Below, piece after piece: positions 18,420-27,960 of a DNA stretch of 64,000 nucleotides (within the stretch, counting starts at the first letter, position 1; each line of letters opens with the position of its first letter). The translations under genes and the position numbers were made by a program. The stretch is from an uncultured Gammaproteobacteria bacterium. GTDB taxonomy: Bacteria; Patescibacteriota; Microgenomatia; Levybacterales; UBA12049. The notes under the pieces were generated by a model. That model was given only the letters and a program-made list of their open reading frames with translations, had not been told where the DNA came from and did no database searches. The stretch covers positions 8,129 to 72,128 of the forward strand of contig CAZHKZ010000002.1 in assembly GCA_964533055.1 (NCBI GenBank), in the 5' to 3' direction.

Positions 18420-20077
18420 AAGAAAAAATTTGTATCGTTGTATTTATCTGTATAGGGATCTTTTTGCGTGTTTATCAATTTGGCTCAGTACCCGCGGGTC
18501 TTTTTTCGGATGAAATATCTATTGCTGTTAATAGCAAGACGATTGCTCAAAGTGGAGTTGATGAATACGGAAGGACATATCCATTTGCATTTGAATCGCT
18601 TTCAGATTATAAAATGCCTGGATATATTTATCTCAGCGCAGTTGCATACAAAATTTTTGGTCCATCAGTTGCATCAGTACGAATTACTGCACTCATTGCC
18701 TCTCTAATTAGTATCTTCTCATTCGCGTATTTAGCACAACTCCTTTTTCCTAAGAGGAAAAATATTTTTCTCTATACGTGTCTTGTTGTTTCTCTTTGCC
18801 TATTTCATATTCATTTTTCTCGAATTGCATATGAGACGATGCTGGCTACGATGTGGCTCAGTATATTCCTCATTGGTTTTTGGAAAGTTGTCCATGAAAA
18901 GATACGGTTACACTGGGTAGTCATCACTATCTGCTGTGCAATCTTTAGCATGTGGTCTTACTATGCCCCTCGTTTTATCATCCCATTATTCTCTTTTGGC
19001 TATCTATTCTATTTAATGCTAATGGCGGAGAAGGGGAAGCGACTTTCATATCGACCCTGGCTGATTGTACTTGCTGCGACAGTAATAGCGTACCTCCCGA
19101 CATTTTTTGGATCCAAAATTGACAATAGGCCTCTAAGCTATCTTATGTCAGATACGGGTGGGGGAATAATTGCATCGGTTTTACTCAAGGCAAGATCAGT
19201 TCTCGCATCATTCACTTGGATATTCAACCTTGAATTCTTATTCGATAAAGGTGATCAATTTGCTTTTAGACATGGTACAAAAAATAACGGTGTCTTTATG
19301 AGTATATTTTTAGTTCCATATATTCTTGGCCTCCTTTTTATTTTTAAAAACTTTGCTATGAAGAACAAATCAATAGTATTTATTTGCATGTTTGCGATTG
19401 TAGCGGGGCTCCCGTCATCCCTGACATCACCGGTTCCTTACGCACCAAGACTGCTTCCAATGGTCCTTCCACTAACTCTACTTATTAGCTTAGGCATTGT
19501 TGGATGCAGAACATTACTTGAGAAAACGAGGAGGTTTGTGCAGATAGGGATTATAGTGGGAGTAGTATGCTTGCTTATGTATCAAATTCTTGTCTTCAGC
19601 CATCTTTACTTTGTTCATTTTGCGAAAGACAGTCAGCCAGAATTCTCGCAAGCATCAGTTGACCTGGGAAAATATATTGCCATTCAGCATGCTAGTGCAC
19701 CTGAAAATAATATTTATTACTTGAATGGTAAGAGTTGTCATAATTGGGGGCACGATGATCTTTATTTATGGTATTACACAGAACTTCCAAATAAAGAGTT
19801 GATCGCATGGAATAATTTGTTTAGAGATGAGAGATATAAAGAATCGAGCCCATTTGATGCGTATGACCATATCATTGCCCCATCTGGTCATATCGGCTCT
19901 ATCTTTATTAATTTACCACTTGAGGAAGTAATCTCTGCTCCAAAAGGGTCATTGATAGTTCGATGTGGTATCAATGAATCGTCTATTGAGAAGAATAATG
20001 AGAAAATTGTAAAGGCCTTTTATATGTATCCAAAAGAAAGTAGAGAGCTTTTTTATATTGTGACAGTTAAGCTCTAG
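18416..20077 (+). CDS. PMT_2/ArnT-family GT-C glycosyltransferase, paralog 3
   Basis: Reads LFSDEISIAVNSKTIAQSGVDEYGRTYPFAFESLSDYKMPGYIYL, with the same loop-1 DE motif and Y(K)xPxYIY pattern as 10539 and 12196. Confidence 0.7.
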   Translation: MKEKICIVVFICIGIFLRVYQFGSVPAGLFSDEISIAVNSKTIAQSGVDEYGRTYPFAFESLSDYKMPGYIYLSAVAYKIFGPSVASVRITALIASLISIFSFAYLAQLLFPKRKNIFLYTCLVVSLCLFHIHFSRIAYETMLATMWLSIFLIGFWKVVHEKIRLHWVVITICCAIFSMWSYYAPRFIIPLFSFGYLFYLMLMAEKGKRLSYRPWLIVLAATVIAYLPTFFGSKIDNRPLSYLMSDTGGGIIASVLLKARSVLASFTWIFNLEFLFDKGDQFAFRHGTKNNGVFMSIFLVPYILGLLFIFKNFAMKNKSIVFICMFAIVAGLPSSLTSPVPYAPRLLPMVLPLTLLISLGIVGCRTLLEKTRRFVQIGIIVGVVCLLMYQILVFSHLYFVHFAKDSQPEFSQASVDLGKYIAIQHASAPENNIYYLNGKSCHNWGHDDLYLWYYTELPNKELIAWNNLFRDERYKESSPFDAYDHIIAPSGHIGSIFINLPLEEVISAPKGSLIVRCGINESSIEKNNEKIVKAFYMYPKESRELFYIVTVKL

Positions 20078-20121
20078 TATCTTGCAATTATCCCTGGTAT
20101 ATCACATGCTAAGAGGTGTAT

Positions 20122-20985
20122 ATGAGTAAAATTTCTGTCGTTTTAGCGACTTTTAATGAAGAGCAAAATATAAAAGAATGTCTTGAGTCTGTAAAAGGGA
20201 TCGCAGACGAGATCATAATTGTTGATGGAACTTCATCTGATAATACAGCCCAGATCGCAAAAGATTTTGGAGCTCGGGTCATTCTTGAGGAAAATCGGCC
20301 TAACTTTCATATAAATAAGCAGAAAGCTATATCCGAGGCAAAATATGAGTGGATACTTCAGCTAGATGCAGATGAAAGGGTCACAAAGCCTCTTGCACAA
20401 GAAATACTTTCAGTTGCTTCAATGACTAATGAGGAAATCGAGAGTTATGAGAATAGTCTTGAGAAAAAAGATCTTTTTGCAAGACACTCAAAAATTTTAG
20501 AGTCTCGTGATGGTGAAATAGGGAAAAAGACTGGGGAATATGCAGCTTTTTTCATTCCAAGACTCAACTTTTTTCTCGGAAAATATCTAAGACATGGCGG
20601 TGTCTATCCAGATGGGGTTATTCGTCTTATTCGAAATGGAAAAGCACATTTACCTGCTAAAGATGTTCATGAGCAGATGGAGGTTAAGGGTAAAGTTGGG
20701 TGGCTTCAAAATGATCTGCTTCATAAGGATTCTCCTACATTTGCAAGATATCTTGTAAGAAATAGTAGATATATCAATCTAATTGCTAAGGATCTAGCTC
20801 GAGATCATGTAGGGAAGAATCTATTTGAATTTATAAAGTATATGGTCATTCTTCCACTTCAATGGTTCTTGCTTACTTTCATCCGACATAAGGGATTCAT
20901 GGATTCTTGGCAGGGTTTTGTATTTTCATTATTTTCATCGTTACGGTTTCCGAGAGCGTATATGAGATATCTTAATAATTCATAA
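20122..20985 (+). CDS. Family 2 glycosyltransferase (WaaE/KdtX-like), third paralog
   Basis: AAGAGG Shine-Dalgarno at 20111-20116, 5 nt before the ATG at 20122. Reads ISVVLATFNEEQNIKECLESVKGIADEIIIVDGTSSDNT...QLDADERVT. Confidence 0.8.
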   Translation: MSKISVVLATFNEEQNIKECLESVKGIADEIIIVDGTSSDNTAQIAKDFGARVILEENRPNFHINKQKAISEAKYEWILQLDADERVTKPLAQEILSVASMTNEEIESYENSLEKKDLFARHSKILESRDGEIGKKTGEYAAFFIPRLNFFLGKYLRHGGVYPDGVIRLIRNGKAHLPAKDVHEQMEVKGKVGWLQNDLLHKDSPTFARYLVRNSRYINLIAKDLARDHVGKNLFEFIKYMVILPLQWFLLTFIRHKGFMDSWQGFVFSLFSSLRFPRAYMRYLNNS

Positions 20986-20986
20986 T

Positions 20987-22519
20987 ATGAAAGCTCTCAC
21001 GACATTAAATCAAGATAAATGGTGGCAGCTACTCCTAGCTCTGATAATTCTTTCCACACTTTTTGTTGGAATTGGAACAATTCTCATTGGTAACTTTCCA
21101 TTTTGGTATGATCCAGCGAGAGATTTTTTGATGGCATGGGACAATCTGTCACACCCAACATTGATTGGACCTACATCTGGAATACCCGGAATTTTCTATG
21201 GACCGTATTGGATCTGGTTACTCTCAGTTGGTGTGTTCATTTCTAAAGACCCCAGAATTGCCATGTTAATTGTCCTAGCAATCCCTTACTTGCTCATTTT
21301 GCCCATATTCTTTATCCGAGCCATGAAGTCATACGGGAAGGTCGCATTGGTGGGAGTTTGGGGACTTTATGCTGCAACATTTGGAATTGAATATGCTACA
21401 AAGCCTTGGAATCCCTATCTTGCACCAATTCTCCTCATTGTTCTCATTGCAATATTCTCCAATCTTGAACTGAAGAATATCTCTAAAAATACAATTTCTC
21501 GCTTGCTATTAGCAGGAATTGTGGGTGGGCTAATCGCAAATGCCCATCTGTCTCTTGGATCTGGGATACTGATTGGCTCAGGTTTCTATTTGATTTTATC
21601 GACAATATTTGCTGACTCAGTGAGTAGAGGAGATTTAGTGAAAAGACTCATTCATAGCGTAGCTTCGGGCGTGGTTTTTGTAATTGGGGTAGGGATTAGT
21701 TTTATTCCATATATGCTTTTTGAAGCTAGGCATGGGTTTAACCAGACTAAGATGCTTATTTTTATGGTGACGAGTCCATTCCCGGTTGTCGGAGTTTTGG
21801 GCTTAAGTAAAGATGATATTTTACGTCAATTTCCATTAGTAGCAGTTCGCCTGCTTGGTATTCCAGAGAAGTTTATTGTGATTGTTTTCGCTGTTATCAC
21901 ACTTCTATTTATCATATTGCTTGTTGAGAAGAAGATCGCTTTAACATTGTCGGACAAAAAAATATTGGGAAGCATTTCGTGCATCTTTGTAGCACTTTTT
22001 ACAATTTATATGACGTCTAAAAATCCAGTTTGGGAGTATCATTTTATAGGTATGGAAGTTCTTTTACTTTTCTACATCCTTATCATTGCAGATAAGATGC
22101 GCTTAATCAGATTTGCAATCATTATTTTTGCTGGAAGCTTGTTGATTTCACATGTGTCAAGTTTCACCCATGTTTTGCAGTCAGATGAGCGTTTTGAAGA
22201 TGTCTTGTCTACAAAGGTTGAAGTAACCGAATCTGTGATGAGAGATGCGAAAGGTTCTAATTATGTTGTATATCCACATAGTTCATCGATTTATACATAT
22301 GATTATGCCTATCTTTTTAGATGGAAAAAGGGAGTGAATGTTCCATTTGATCCTTCACAGAATACATATAAGTCAAATACCGCATATCTTATTATTCCTT
22401 CAGTGGGAACAGCTGTAAAGCAAGATTTTATTTCAGGAAAGACCAGGGACGGCGGATATGTGCTTACCAAAGAATGGGCTGTTCGAGAAGTGGAAGTGCA
22501 AAAAATTGAAAAGAAATGA
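20987..22519 (+). CDS. Uncharacterized polytopic membrane protein (possible GT-C)
   Basis: 510 aa with about 12 hydrophobic helices. The N-terminal loop carries NFPFWYDPARDFLMAWDN. No family assigned. Confidence 0.5.
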   Translation: MKALTTLNQDKWWQLLLALIILSTLFVGIGTILIGNFPFWYDPARDFLMAWDNLSHPTLIGPTSGIPGIFYGPYWIWLLSVGVFISKDPRIAMLIVLAIPYLLILPIFFIRAMKSYGKVALVGVWGLYAATFGIEYATKPWNPYLAPILLIVLIAIFSNLELKNISKNTISRLLLAGIVGGLIANAHLSLGSGILIGSGFYLILSTIFADSVSRGDLVKRLIHSVASGVVFVIGVGISFIPYMLFEARHGFNQTKMLIFMVTSPFPVVGVLGLSKDDILRQFPLVAVRLLGIPEKFIVIVFAVITLLFIILLVEKKIALTLSDKKILGSISCIFVALFTIYMTSKNPVWEYHFIGMEVLLLFYILIIADKMRLIRFAIIIFAGSLLISHVSSFTHVLQSDERFEDVLSTKVEVTESVMRDAKGSNYVVYPHSSSIYTYDYAYLFRWKKGVNVPFDPSQNTYKSNTAYLIIPSVGTAVKQDFISGKTRDGGYVLTKEWAVREVEVQKIEKK

Positions 22520-24048
22520 AAAACTTTTTTAAACCCATATTTATCCTTTTAGCGATAGTATTGCTTGCTGCGTTCCTGAGACTTTATAAAGTAGACTCAA
22601 ATCCGCCAGGACTTTACATTGACGAAGTCTCTATTGGTTATAACGCCTACACGATTCTGACTAAAGGCGTTGATGAGTATGGTACTCCGTTCCCATTATG
22701 GTTTAGGTCGTTCGGAGATTATAAGATGCCTGTCTATATCTATGCTGTTAGTGGTTCGATGTTGGTATTTGGTAAGACAGAGCTCGCAGTAAGATTGCCA
22801 TCAATTGTGGCGGGTATCATGACCGTACTTATTCTCTATCTTTTTATTAGAGGGTTTGAAAAAAAGACAGATAAGCGGGGTGAATATAAATATCTAGCAA
22901 TATTAAGCTCATTTCTCCTAAGCATTTCTAGCTATCATATTCAGTTTTCTAGAGGTGGCTTTGAAGTCAACGTAGCGCTCTTTATTTTCTTGAGCGGTTG
23001 TCTCTTCCTTCAGTACTTCTTAAAATACCAGCAAAAAAAATATCTCGCAGTAAGTTTTTGTCTTTTTGTTTTAAGTTCATACACGTATCATTCTTTCAGA
23101 GTTCTTGCTCCGATAGCTATTTTCACAGGACTCATTCTCCTTAATACTATGCGAAGTCTCACGAGGAGAGAAATTTTTTTGAGCGGAATAAGTTCGCTGA
23201 TATTATTTTTGCCGTTAATTATTTTTTCAGTAAGTCCAAATGGATCACAAAGATTTAGTCAGACCTCGATTTTTTCAGAATATCCGCTTACAAACGAATG
23301 GGCAAAGCTTTATACGTATCCAATGGTCCTTTTAAAAAATTACGTTTCGTATTTTTCGCTTCATTTTCTTTTTAGTTTTGGAGATGGCATTGGGAGACAT
23401 CAGGTTCCAGGTTTTGGCCTTCTTTTTAGAACTCAGCTCCCACTTCTGATTGCAGGTATTGCTGCACTCATTAAGATGAGAAAGACTATGCTTGCAAGAA
23501 CAATGCTATTTTTGCTCCTTGTTGCGCCAATCCCTGCAATGCTTGCAAGACCAAGTCCTCACAGCCTCAGACCACTTCTTATTGTCATTCCGTTAACAGT
23601 GATTATGGCCATGGGCCTGCGCTACCTCTTTACTGGGTTTGGAAGATGGGGTAGGGGTGTTGTACTTATCTTAGCCTGCATCTTCGTGTATGAGTTTAGC
23701 TCTTACCTTTTTAGCTACTATGTTCGCTACCCGCAGATCAATGCCCTTGATTGGGGAGCAGGATATAAAGAGATTGTTCAGAAGGCAGGAGCGCATAAAG
23801 ACGAATATCCACGTATTGTTATTGATAAAAAACTTGATAATGCTCTAATCTATTTCAAATTTTACGACGAGTCTCTTGATCCTATTCTTGTAGGCAACGA
23901 CTGGAAATTTCCATTGGGAATAAGCGGTGTTAAAACAATGTATATTCGGCCAAATTATGGCAACGTATCTGAAAATGTTTTTGATACGGTTAAATTGCCT
24001 GGGAAATATGGCGATACGTTCGCTCAGTTTTGGAGGGAAAGTCAGTGA
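22516..24048 (+). CDS. PMT_2/ArnT-family GT-C glycosyltransferase, paralog 4
   Basis: Reads LYIDEVSIGYNAYTILTKGVDEYGTPFPLWFRSFGDYKMPVYIY, with the same DE-loop signature. ATGA overlap upstream. Confidence 0.75.
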   Translation: MKNFFKPIFILLAIVLLAAFLRLYKVDSNPPGLYIDEVSIGYNAYTILTKGVDEYGTPFPLWFRSFGDYKMPVYIYAVSGSMLVFGKTELAVRLPSIVAGIMTVLILYLFIRGFEKKTDKRGEYKYLAILSSFLLSISSYHIQFSRGGFEVNVALFIFLSGCLFLQYFLKYQQKKYLAVSFCLFVLSSYTYHSFRVLAPIAIFTGLILLNTMRSLTRREIFLSGISSLILFLPLIIFSVSPNGSQRFSQTSIFSEYPLTNEWAKLYTYPMVLLKNYVSYFSLHFLFSFGDGIGRHQVPGFGLLFRTQLPLLIAGIAALIKMRKTMLARTMLFLLLVAPIPAMLARPSPHSLRPLLIVIPLTVIMAMGLRYLFTGFGRWGRGVVLILACIFVYEFSSYLFSYYVRYPQINALDWGAGYKEIVQKAGAHKDEYPRIVIDKKLDNALIYFKFYDESLDPILVGNDWKFPLGISGVKTMYIRPNYGNVSENVFDTVKLPGKYGDTFAQFWRESQ

Positions 24049-24620
24049 AGAGGATACTACTTATAGTCATTGCTATTATTCAGATTGCATACTTTTCGTA
24101 CTGGTATTCGTGTCTAAGACTCGCTGATTTCTACTATTTTTCAGCCTTTAATTTAAAGTTACGACTTGAAGATACAGCTCGATATGATTCATATCAGCCG
24201 TATCTGATTGCAAAGATTTTCAACAATAAAGTAAGCGGATTCGCTGTCGAAGTTTATTCAATACTCTCACATTATTTGGATATCACATTTTTAATCCAGT
24301 TCTTCTCACTTATAGGTTGTTTTGGGATTGTCCTCGGGTTTCATTTTATTTGGAAGCGAGAAAAGGCTAAGGCCATGGCTTTGTTTGTAGGAATTGTCTC
24401 GCTTTTGATCCTCAGTATCTTTTTGCCATCTAACAGATTCTTTGTGCCGTTTATCTTTACATTCATGGCTACAGGTCTCTTACTGTCTCTATATGGTGTG
24501 AAAAAAGCACTCGACTCAAAGCCAAGACTCTTGCCAGTTTTTGTCCTCCTCATACTATTAAGCATCTGGTGGTTTTTTGTGTTTGGTTTAAATTTGATCC
24601 AATTCTGCATAGCTAAGTAA
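24030..24620 (+). CDS. Hypothetical small membrane protein
   Basis: 196 aa with 4-5 hydrophobic helices. It overlaps the upstream gene's end by 19 nt, so the start is uncertain. Confidence 0.4.
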   Translation: MEGKSVKRILLIVIAIIQIAYFSYWYSCLRLADFYYFSAFNLKLRLEDTARYDSYQPYLIAKIFNNKVSGFAVEVYSILSHYLDITFLIQFFSLIGCFGIVLGFHFIWKREKAKAMALFVGIVSLLILSIFLPSNRFFVPFIFTFMATGLLLSLYGVKKALDSKPRLLPVFVLLILLSIWWFFVFGLNLIQFCIAK

Positions 24621-24645
24621 GGCTATTTTTATTTTCTTCGACTTT

Positions 24646-24654
24646 GCTATAATT
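24646..24654 (+). promoter_or_regulatory. Candidate extended -10 promoter (TGcTATAAT) for galE, probably giving a leaderless or near-leaderless transcript
   Basis: TGCTATAAT at 24646-24654 ends 5 nt before the galE ATG at 24660. There is no recognisable -35 and no Shine-Dalgarno motif. Confidence 0.3.
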
Positions 24655-24659
24655 ATTCT

Positions 24660-25631
24660 ATGAGGTATGTTGTAACTGGAGGAGCAGGTTATATAGGTGG
24701 ATTTATGACCGTGAGACTTCTTGAAGATGGTCATGAGGTCATCGTTATTGATAGTCTTGAGCGTAGCCATATTGAGTCACTCGATAGTAGATTGATTCTT
24801 GAACAAGGTAATCTTTTGGATAAGAAGTTCTTAAAAAATGTTTTTACCAAATATAAAATTGATGCAGTTTTTCATTTTGGAGGCTATATCTCAGTTTCAG
24901 AATCAGTCTCAAAGCCTTCAGCATATTTTGCAAATAACTTTCTTGCCACCCTCAACCTTCTAGATCAAATGGTAGAGAGTGGAGTTGAACGGATCATTTT
25001 CTCATCTAGCGCTGCAGTTTATGGAAATCCAACCATGGTTCCAATCCCTGAAAGCCACCCAAAGTCGCCAGAAAGTCCGTATGGTGATAGTAAGTGGATG
25101 GTAGAGCGTATTCTTCATTGGTATTTTGTCTCTAACAAGATTCGCTCAGTTGCTCTTCGATATTTTAATGCGTCAGGTGCAGCCCTTGATGGGTCGCGTG
25201 GCGAGGCGCATGATCCTGAGACACACATCATCCCACTGGCTATCGCTGCAGCTATGAAAGGCACTACATTTACCTTATTTGGAAGTGACTATGAGACAAG
25301 GGATGGTACTTGTGTGCGTGATTATATACATGTGCTTGATCTAGTTGAAGCACATGTGCTTTCGTTGAAAAAAATTGAGAAAGATGCTGGAAGCTTTGCT
25401 TACAATGTTGGAACTGGAAGTGGATATTCCAATCAGGAGATAGTAGATATGGTAAAGCAGGTCAGTGGCAAGACACTAGACGTTGCTCTCAAAGACAGAA
25501 GAGCAGGTGATCCTGGGGAGTTGATAGCTAAAGTGGATTTGATTAAGAAAGATCTTGGCTTTAATCCAAAATTCTCAGATCTTCAGACAGTAATTGGAAG
25601 CGCCTGGAAATGGCACTCAAAGAAAGCATGA
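24660..25631 (+). CDS. galE: UDP-glucose/UDP-galactose 4-epimerase
   Basis: Reads VTGGAGYIGGFMTVRLLEDGHEVIVIDSL (Rossmann GxxGxxG), then YxxxK as PYGDSKWMVE and YFNASGA. The 323-aa length fits GalE. Confidence 0.8.
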   Translation: MRYVVTGGAGYIGGFMTVRLLEDGHEVIVIDSLERSHIESLDSRLILEQGNLLDKKFLKNVFTKYKIDAVFHFGGYISVSESVSKPSAYFANNFLATLNLLDQMVESGVERIIFSSSAAVYGNPTMVPIPESHPKSPESPYGDSKWMVERILHWYFVSNKIRSVALRYFNASGAALDGSRGEAHDPETHIIPLAIAAAMKGTTFTLFGSDYETRDGTCVRDYIHVLDLVEAHVLSLKKIEKDAGSFAYNVGTGSGYSNQEIVDMVKQVSGKTLDVALKDRRAGDPGELIAKVDLIKKDLGFNPKFSDLQTVIGSAWKWHSKKA

Positions 25632-26686
25632 AAATAGCCCTGGATATCTCCCCACTTTCATCTGGACATAAGGTTCGCGGCGTCGGTTTCTATGTTAAAT
25701 ACCTTATGGAAGCACTGGTAAAGCATGACACACTTCATGAATATCAGTTTTTTAATAGCATTAATGAGGTTAAATCTGCAGATATTATTCACATCCCATA
25801 TTTTGATCCATTTTTCAGGCATCTCCCGATTTTGAAAAAAGCGCCGACAGTAATTACAATTCATGATCTTACGCCTATAAAATTTCCTTCACACTTCCCG
25901 GTAGGTATGAAAGGAAGTGCGCTTTGGCAGGTAAATAAGAGACTTGCCCTCTTATCAAGTGCAATTATTACTGATTCAGATTCATCGACAAATGATGTCA
26001 TCGAGCTTATGGGGGCAAGACGAGAAAGGGTTCATACGGTTTATCTTGCACCTGGTGACCAGTATTCAAGTAGAACTGCATCAAGTTTTCAGATAAAAGA
26101 CCTCATTAAAAAATATAAATTACCAAAAGATTTTGTTCTCTACGTTGGGGACGTAACCTGGAATAAAAATCTTCCTCGAATTGTTGAGGCTGCGATCAAG
26201 GCTCAAATTCCACTTGTATTGGTAGGTAAAGCAATTGCAAATACAGATTTCGATAGATCTCATCCATGGAATGCAGATCTTTTAGCTGTCCAGAAATTGA
26301 CATATGGCAATAATGATCTCTATGTGCTTGGATTTGTGCCAGATGATGAGCTGAAGGCTCTCTATGCTCACGCAAAAGCTGTCTTACTTCCATCTCTCTA
26401 CGAAGGATTTGGACTGCCTGTTGTTGAGGCAATGGCATCAGGGTGTCCAGTGATTACGTCAAAAATGGGATCGTTAAGCGAGGTAGCTGGAAATGCTGCG
26501 TACTTTGTTGATCCTTACAGTATTGAAGCAATTGCTGACGGAATAAAGGATGTTTTTCAGAGTAAGTCGCTTCAAGCGCAGTTAAGAAAAAGTGGACATA
26601 TTCAGGTTGAGAAATTTAGTTGGAAGAAAACAGCTCTTGCAACAATAGATGTTTATGAAAAAGTTGTTATGGGCAAATCATTATGA
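25628..26686 (+). CDS. Family 4 (GT-B) glycosyltransferase
   Basis: The ATG at 25628 overlaps the galE TGA (ATGA). C-terminal motif EGFGLPVVEAMASGCPVITSKMGSLSEVAGNAAYFVDP. Confidence 0.8.
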   Translation: MKIALDISPLSSGHKVRGVGFYVKYLMEALVKHDTLHEYQFFNSINEVKSADIIHIPYFDPFFRHLPILKKAPTVITIHDLTPIKFPSHFPVGMKGSALWQVNKRLALLSSAIITDSDSSTNDVIELMGARRERVHTVYLAPGDQYSSRTASSFQIKDLIKKYKLPKDFVLYVGDVTWNKNLPRIVEAAIKAQIPLVLVGKAIANTDFDRSHPWNADLLAVQKLTYGNNDLYVLGFVPDDELKALYAHAKAVLLPSLYEGFGLPVVEAMASGCPVITSKMGSLSEVAGNAAYFVDPYSIEAIADGIKDVFQSKSLQAQLRKSGHIQVEKFSWKKTALATIDVYEKVVMGKSL

Positions 26687-27960
26687 TAGTTACAGTAGTT
26701 GCATTAGTAAGAAGGTTTATCAGGCATCCCCTAATCACAGGTAGTTCAATTGTCTTTATTGGTTCATTTTTAGTTAGTATTACAAACTATATTTATAATT
26801 TGTTAATGGGTAGATTCCTTTCTGTTCAAGATTATGGATTGCTGACCTCTCTTACCTCAATTTTGGTGTTATTAGGGTTGTTCAGTAACGCATTCACCAA
26901 TGTTTTTGTTAAATTCTCTGCATCTTTTAAAAGTCAGGAGAATGAAGGTGGGATAAATTTATTAAAAGCATATGGAATAAAGTCTTTAAGAATTTTCGCA
27001 CTTTGTCTTTTGGTTTTATTAGTAGTTGCCTCACCATTTATTCAGAAATTTTTACACATAGACCATATTGAATACATATTTTTAATAGTTAGCGCTGTTA
27101 TATTCTCATTATTCTTAACACTACCCCTTGGCATTTTACAGGGAAGAATGCAGTTCCTTTTATTATCAGCAGCGAATATCAGTCAGCCAATTATTAAGAT
27201 TATTGTTTCAGTTACCCTGTTAATATTAGGCTTCTCCGTAATTAGTCCGTTAATAGCAATTTCGGTTTCTACTTTAATACCTTTAATCATTCTTTATTAC
27301 ATGCTGTTTTCAAAAAATGGGAGGGGAATAAATAAGGACTTAGATGTTGGTCTATTCAGAAAAGACTTTATACATTTTTCCTATACGTTTTTTTTGGCTG
27401 GTGTTGGAATTGCTTTATTGTCGAATACAGATATTCTTCTAGTGAGGGTTTTCTTTAGCGATATCGTTTCTGGACAGTATGCAGCACTGTCGCTAATGGG
27501 AAAAGCGATATTCTATCTGATAATGCCGATAAATTTTGCCTTCTTTCCCTTAATAGCTTATAAGAGAGAAAGAAAAGAGAGATTATTTGGAACTGTTCTT
27601 CTTGCATTTTTGATTGTAGGATCAGCATCAATTCTCTTGTCCTTTATATATTTTGTTTTCCCATCACTAGTCTTGGGAATTTTCTTTCCAGCACCTGATT
27701 ATAAAGTACTTAAAGATTATCTTGGTATCTATTCAATCTATATTATTCTATTTTCATTCGCCACGTTGTTTGCCAATTTTTTCTTATCAATTGGTAAAAC
27801 CGACATTTATAAAATTTCATTGTTTGCAGCATTTTTTCAAATATTTGCGATCATCTTATTTCACAAATCATTACTTGAAGTAATTCTTTGTCTGCTTATA
27901 GTTTCATTATTGTTTTTGCTTGTCCTGATAGGCTATTATCTTAAGCATGGAAAAGATTAA
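26683..27960 (+). CDS. Wzx-like oligosaccharide flippase (MOP superfamily)
   Basis: 425 aa with about 12 TM helices. The N-terminus resembles polysaccharide-biosynthesis (Wzx) proteins. ATGA overlap. Confidence 0.6.
   Translation: MIVTVVALVRRFIRHPLITGSSIVFIGSFLVSITNYIYNLLMGRFLSVQDYGLLTSLTSILVLLGLFSNAFTNVFVKFSASFKSQENEGGINLLKAYGIKSLRIFALCLLVLLVVASPFIQKFLHIDHIEYIFLIVSAVIFSLFLTLPLGILQGRMQFLLLSAANISQPIIKIIVSVTLLILGFSVISPLIAISVSTLIPLIILYYMLFSKNGRGINKDLDVGLFRKDFIHFSYTFFLAGVGIALLSNTDILLVRVFFSDIVSGQYAALSLMGKAIFYLIMPINFAFFPLIAYKRERKERLFGTVLLAFLIVGSASILLSFIYFVFPSLVLGIFFPAPDYKVLKDYLGIYSIYIILFSFATLFANFFLSIGKTDIYKISLFAAFFQIFAIILFHKSLLEVILCLLIVSLLFLLVLIGYYLKHGKD

Noticed and set aside
20078-20121. TTGCAA / TATATC promoter-like hexamers in the 44-nt gap before the GT2 at 20122
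   Set aside because: The spacer between them is only about 10 nt, and the AAGAGG Shine-Dalgarno motif explains the conserved-looking purine stretch. This is probably just AT-rich spacer within the operon.
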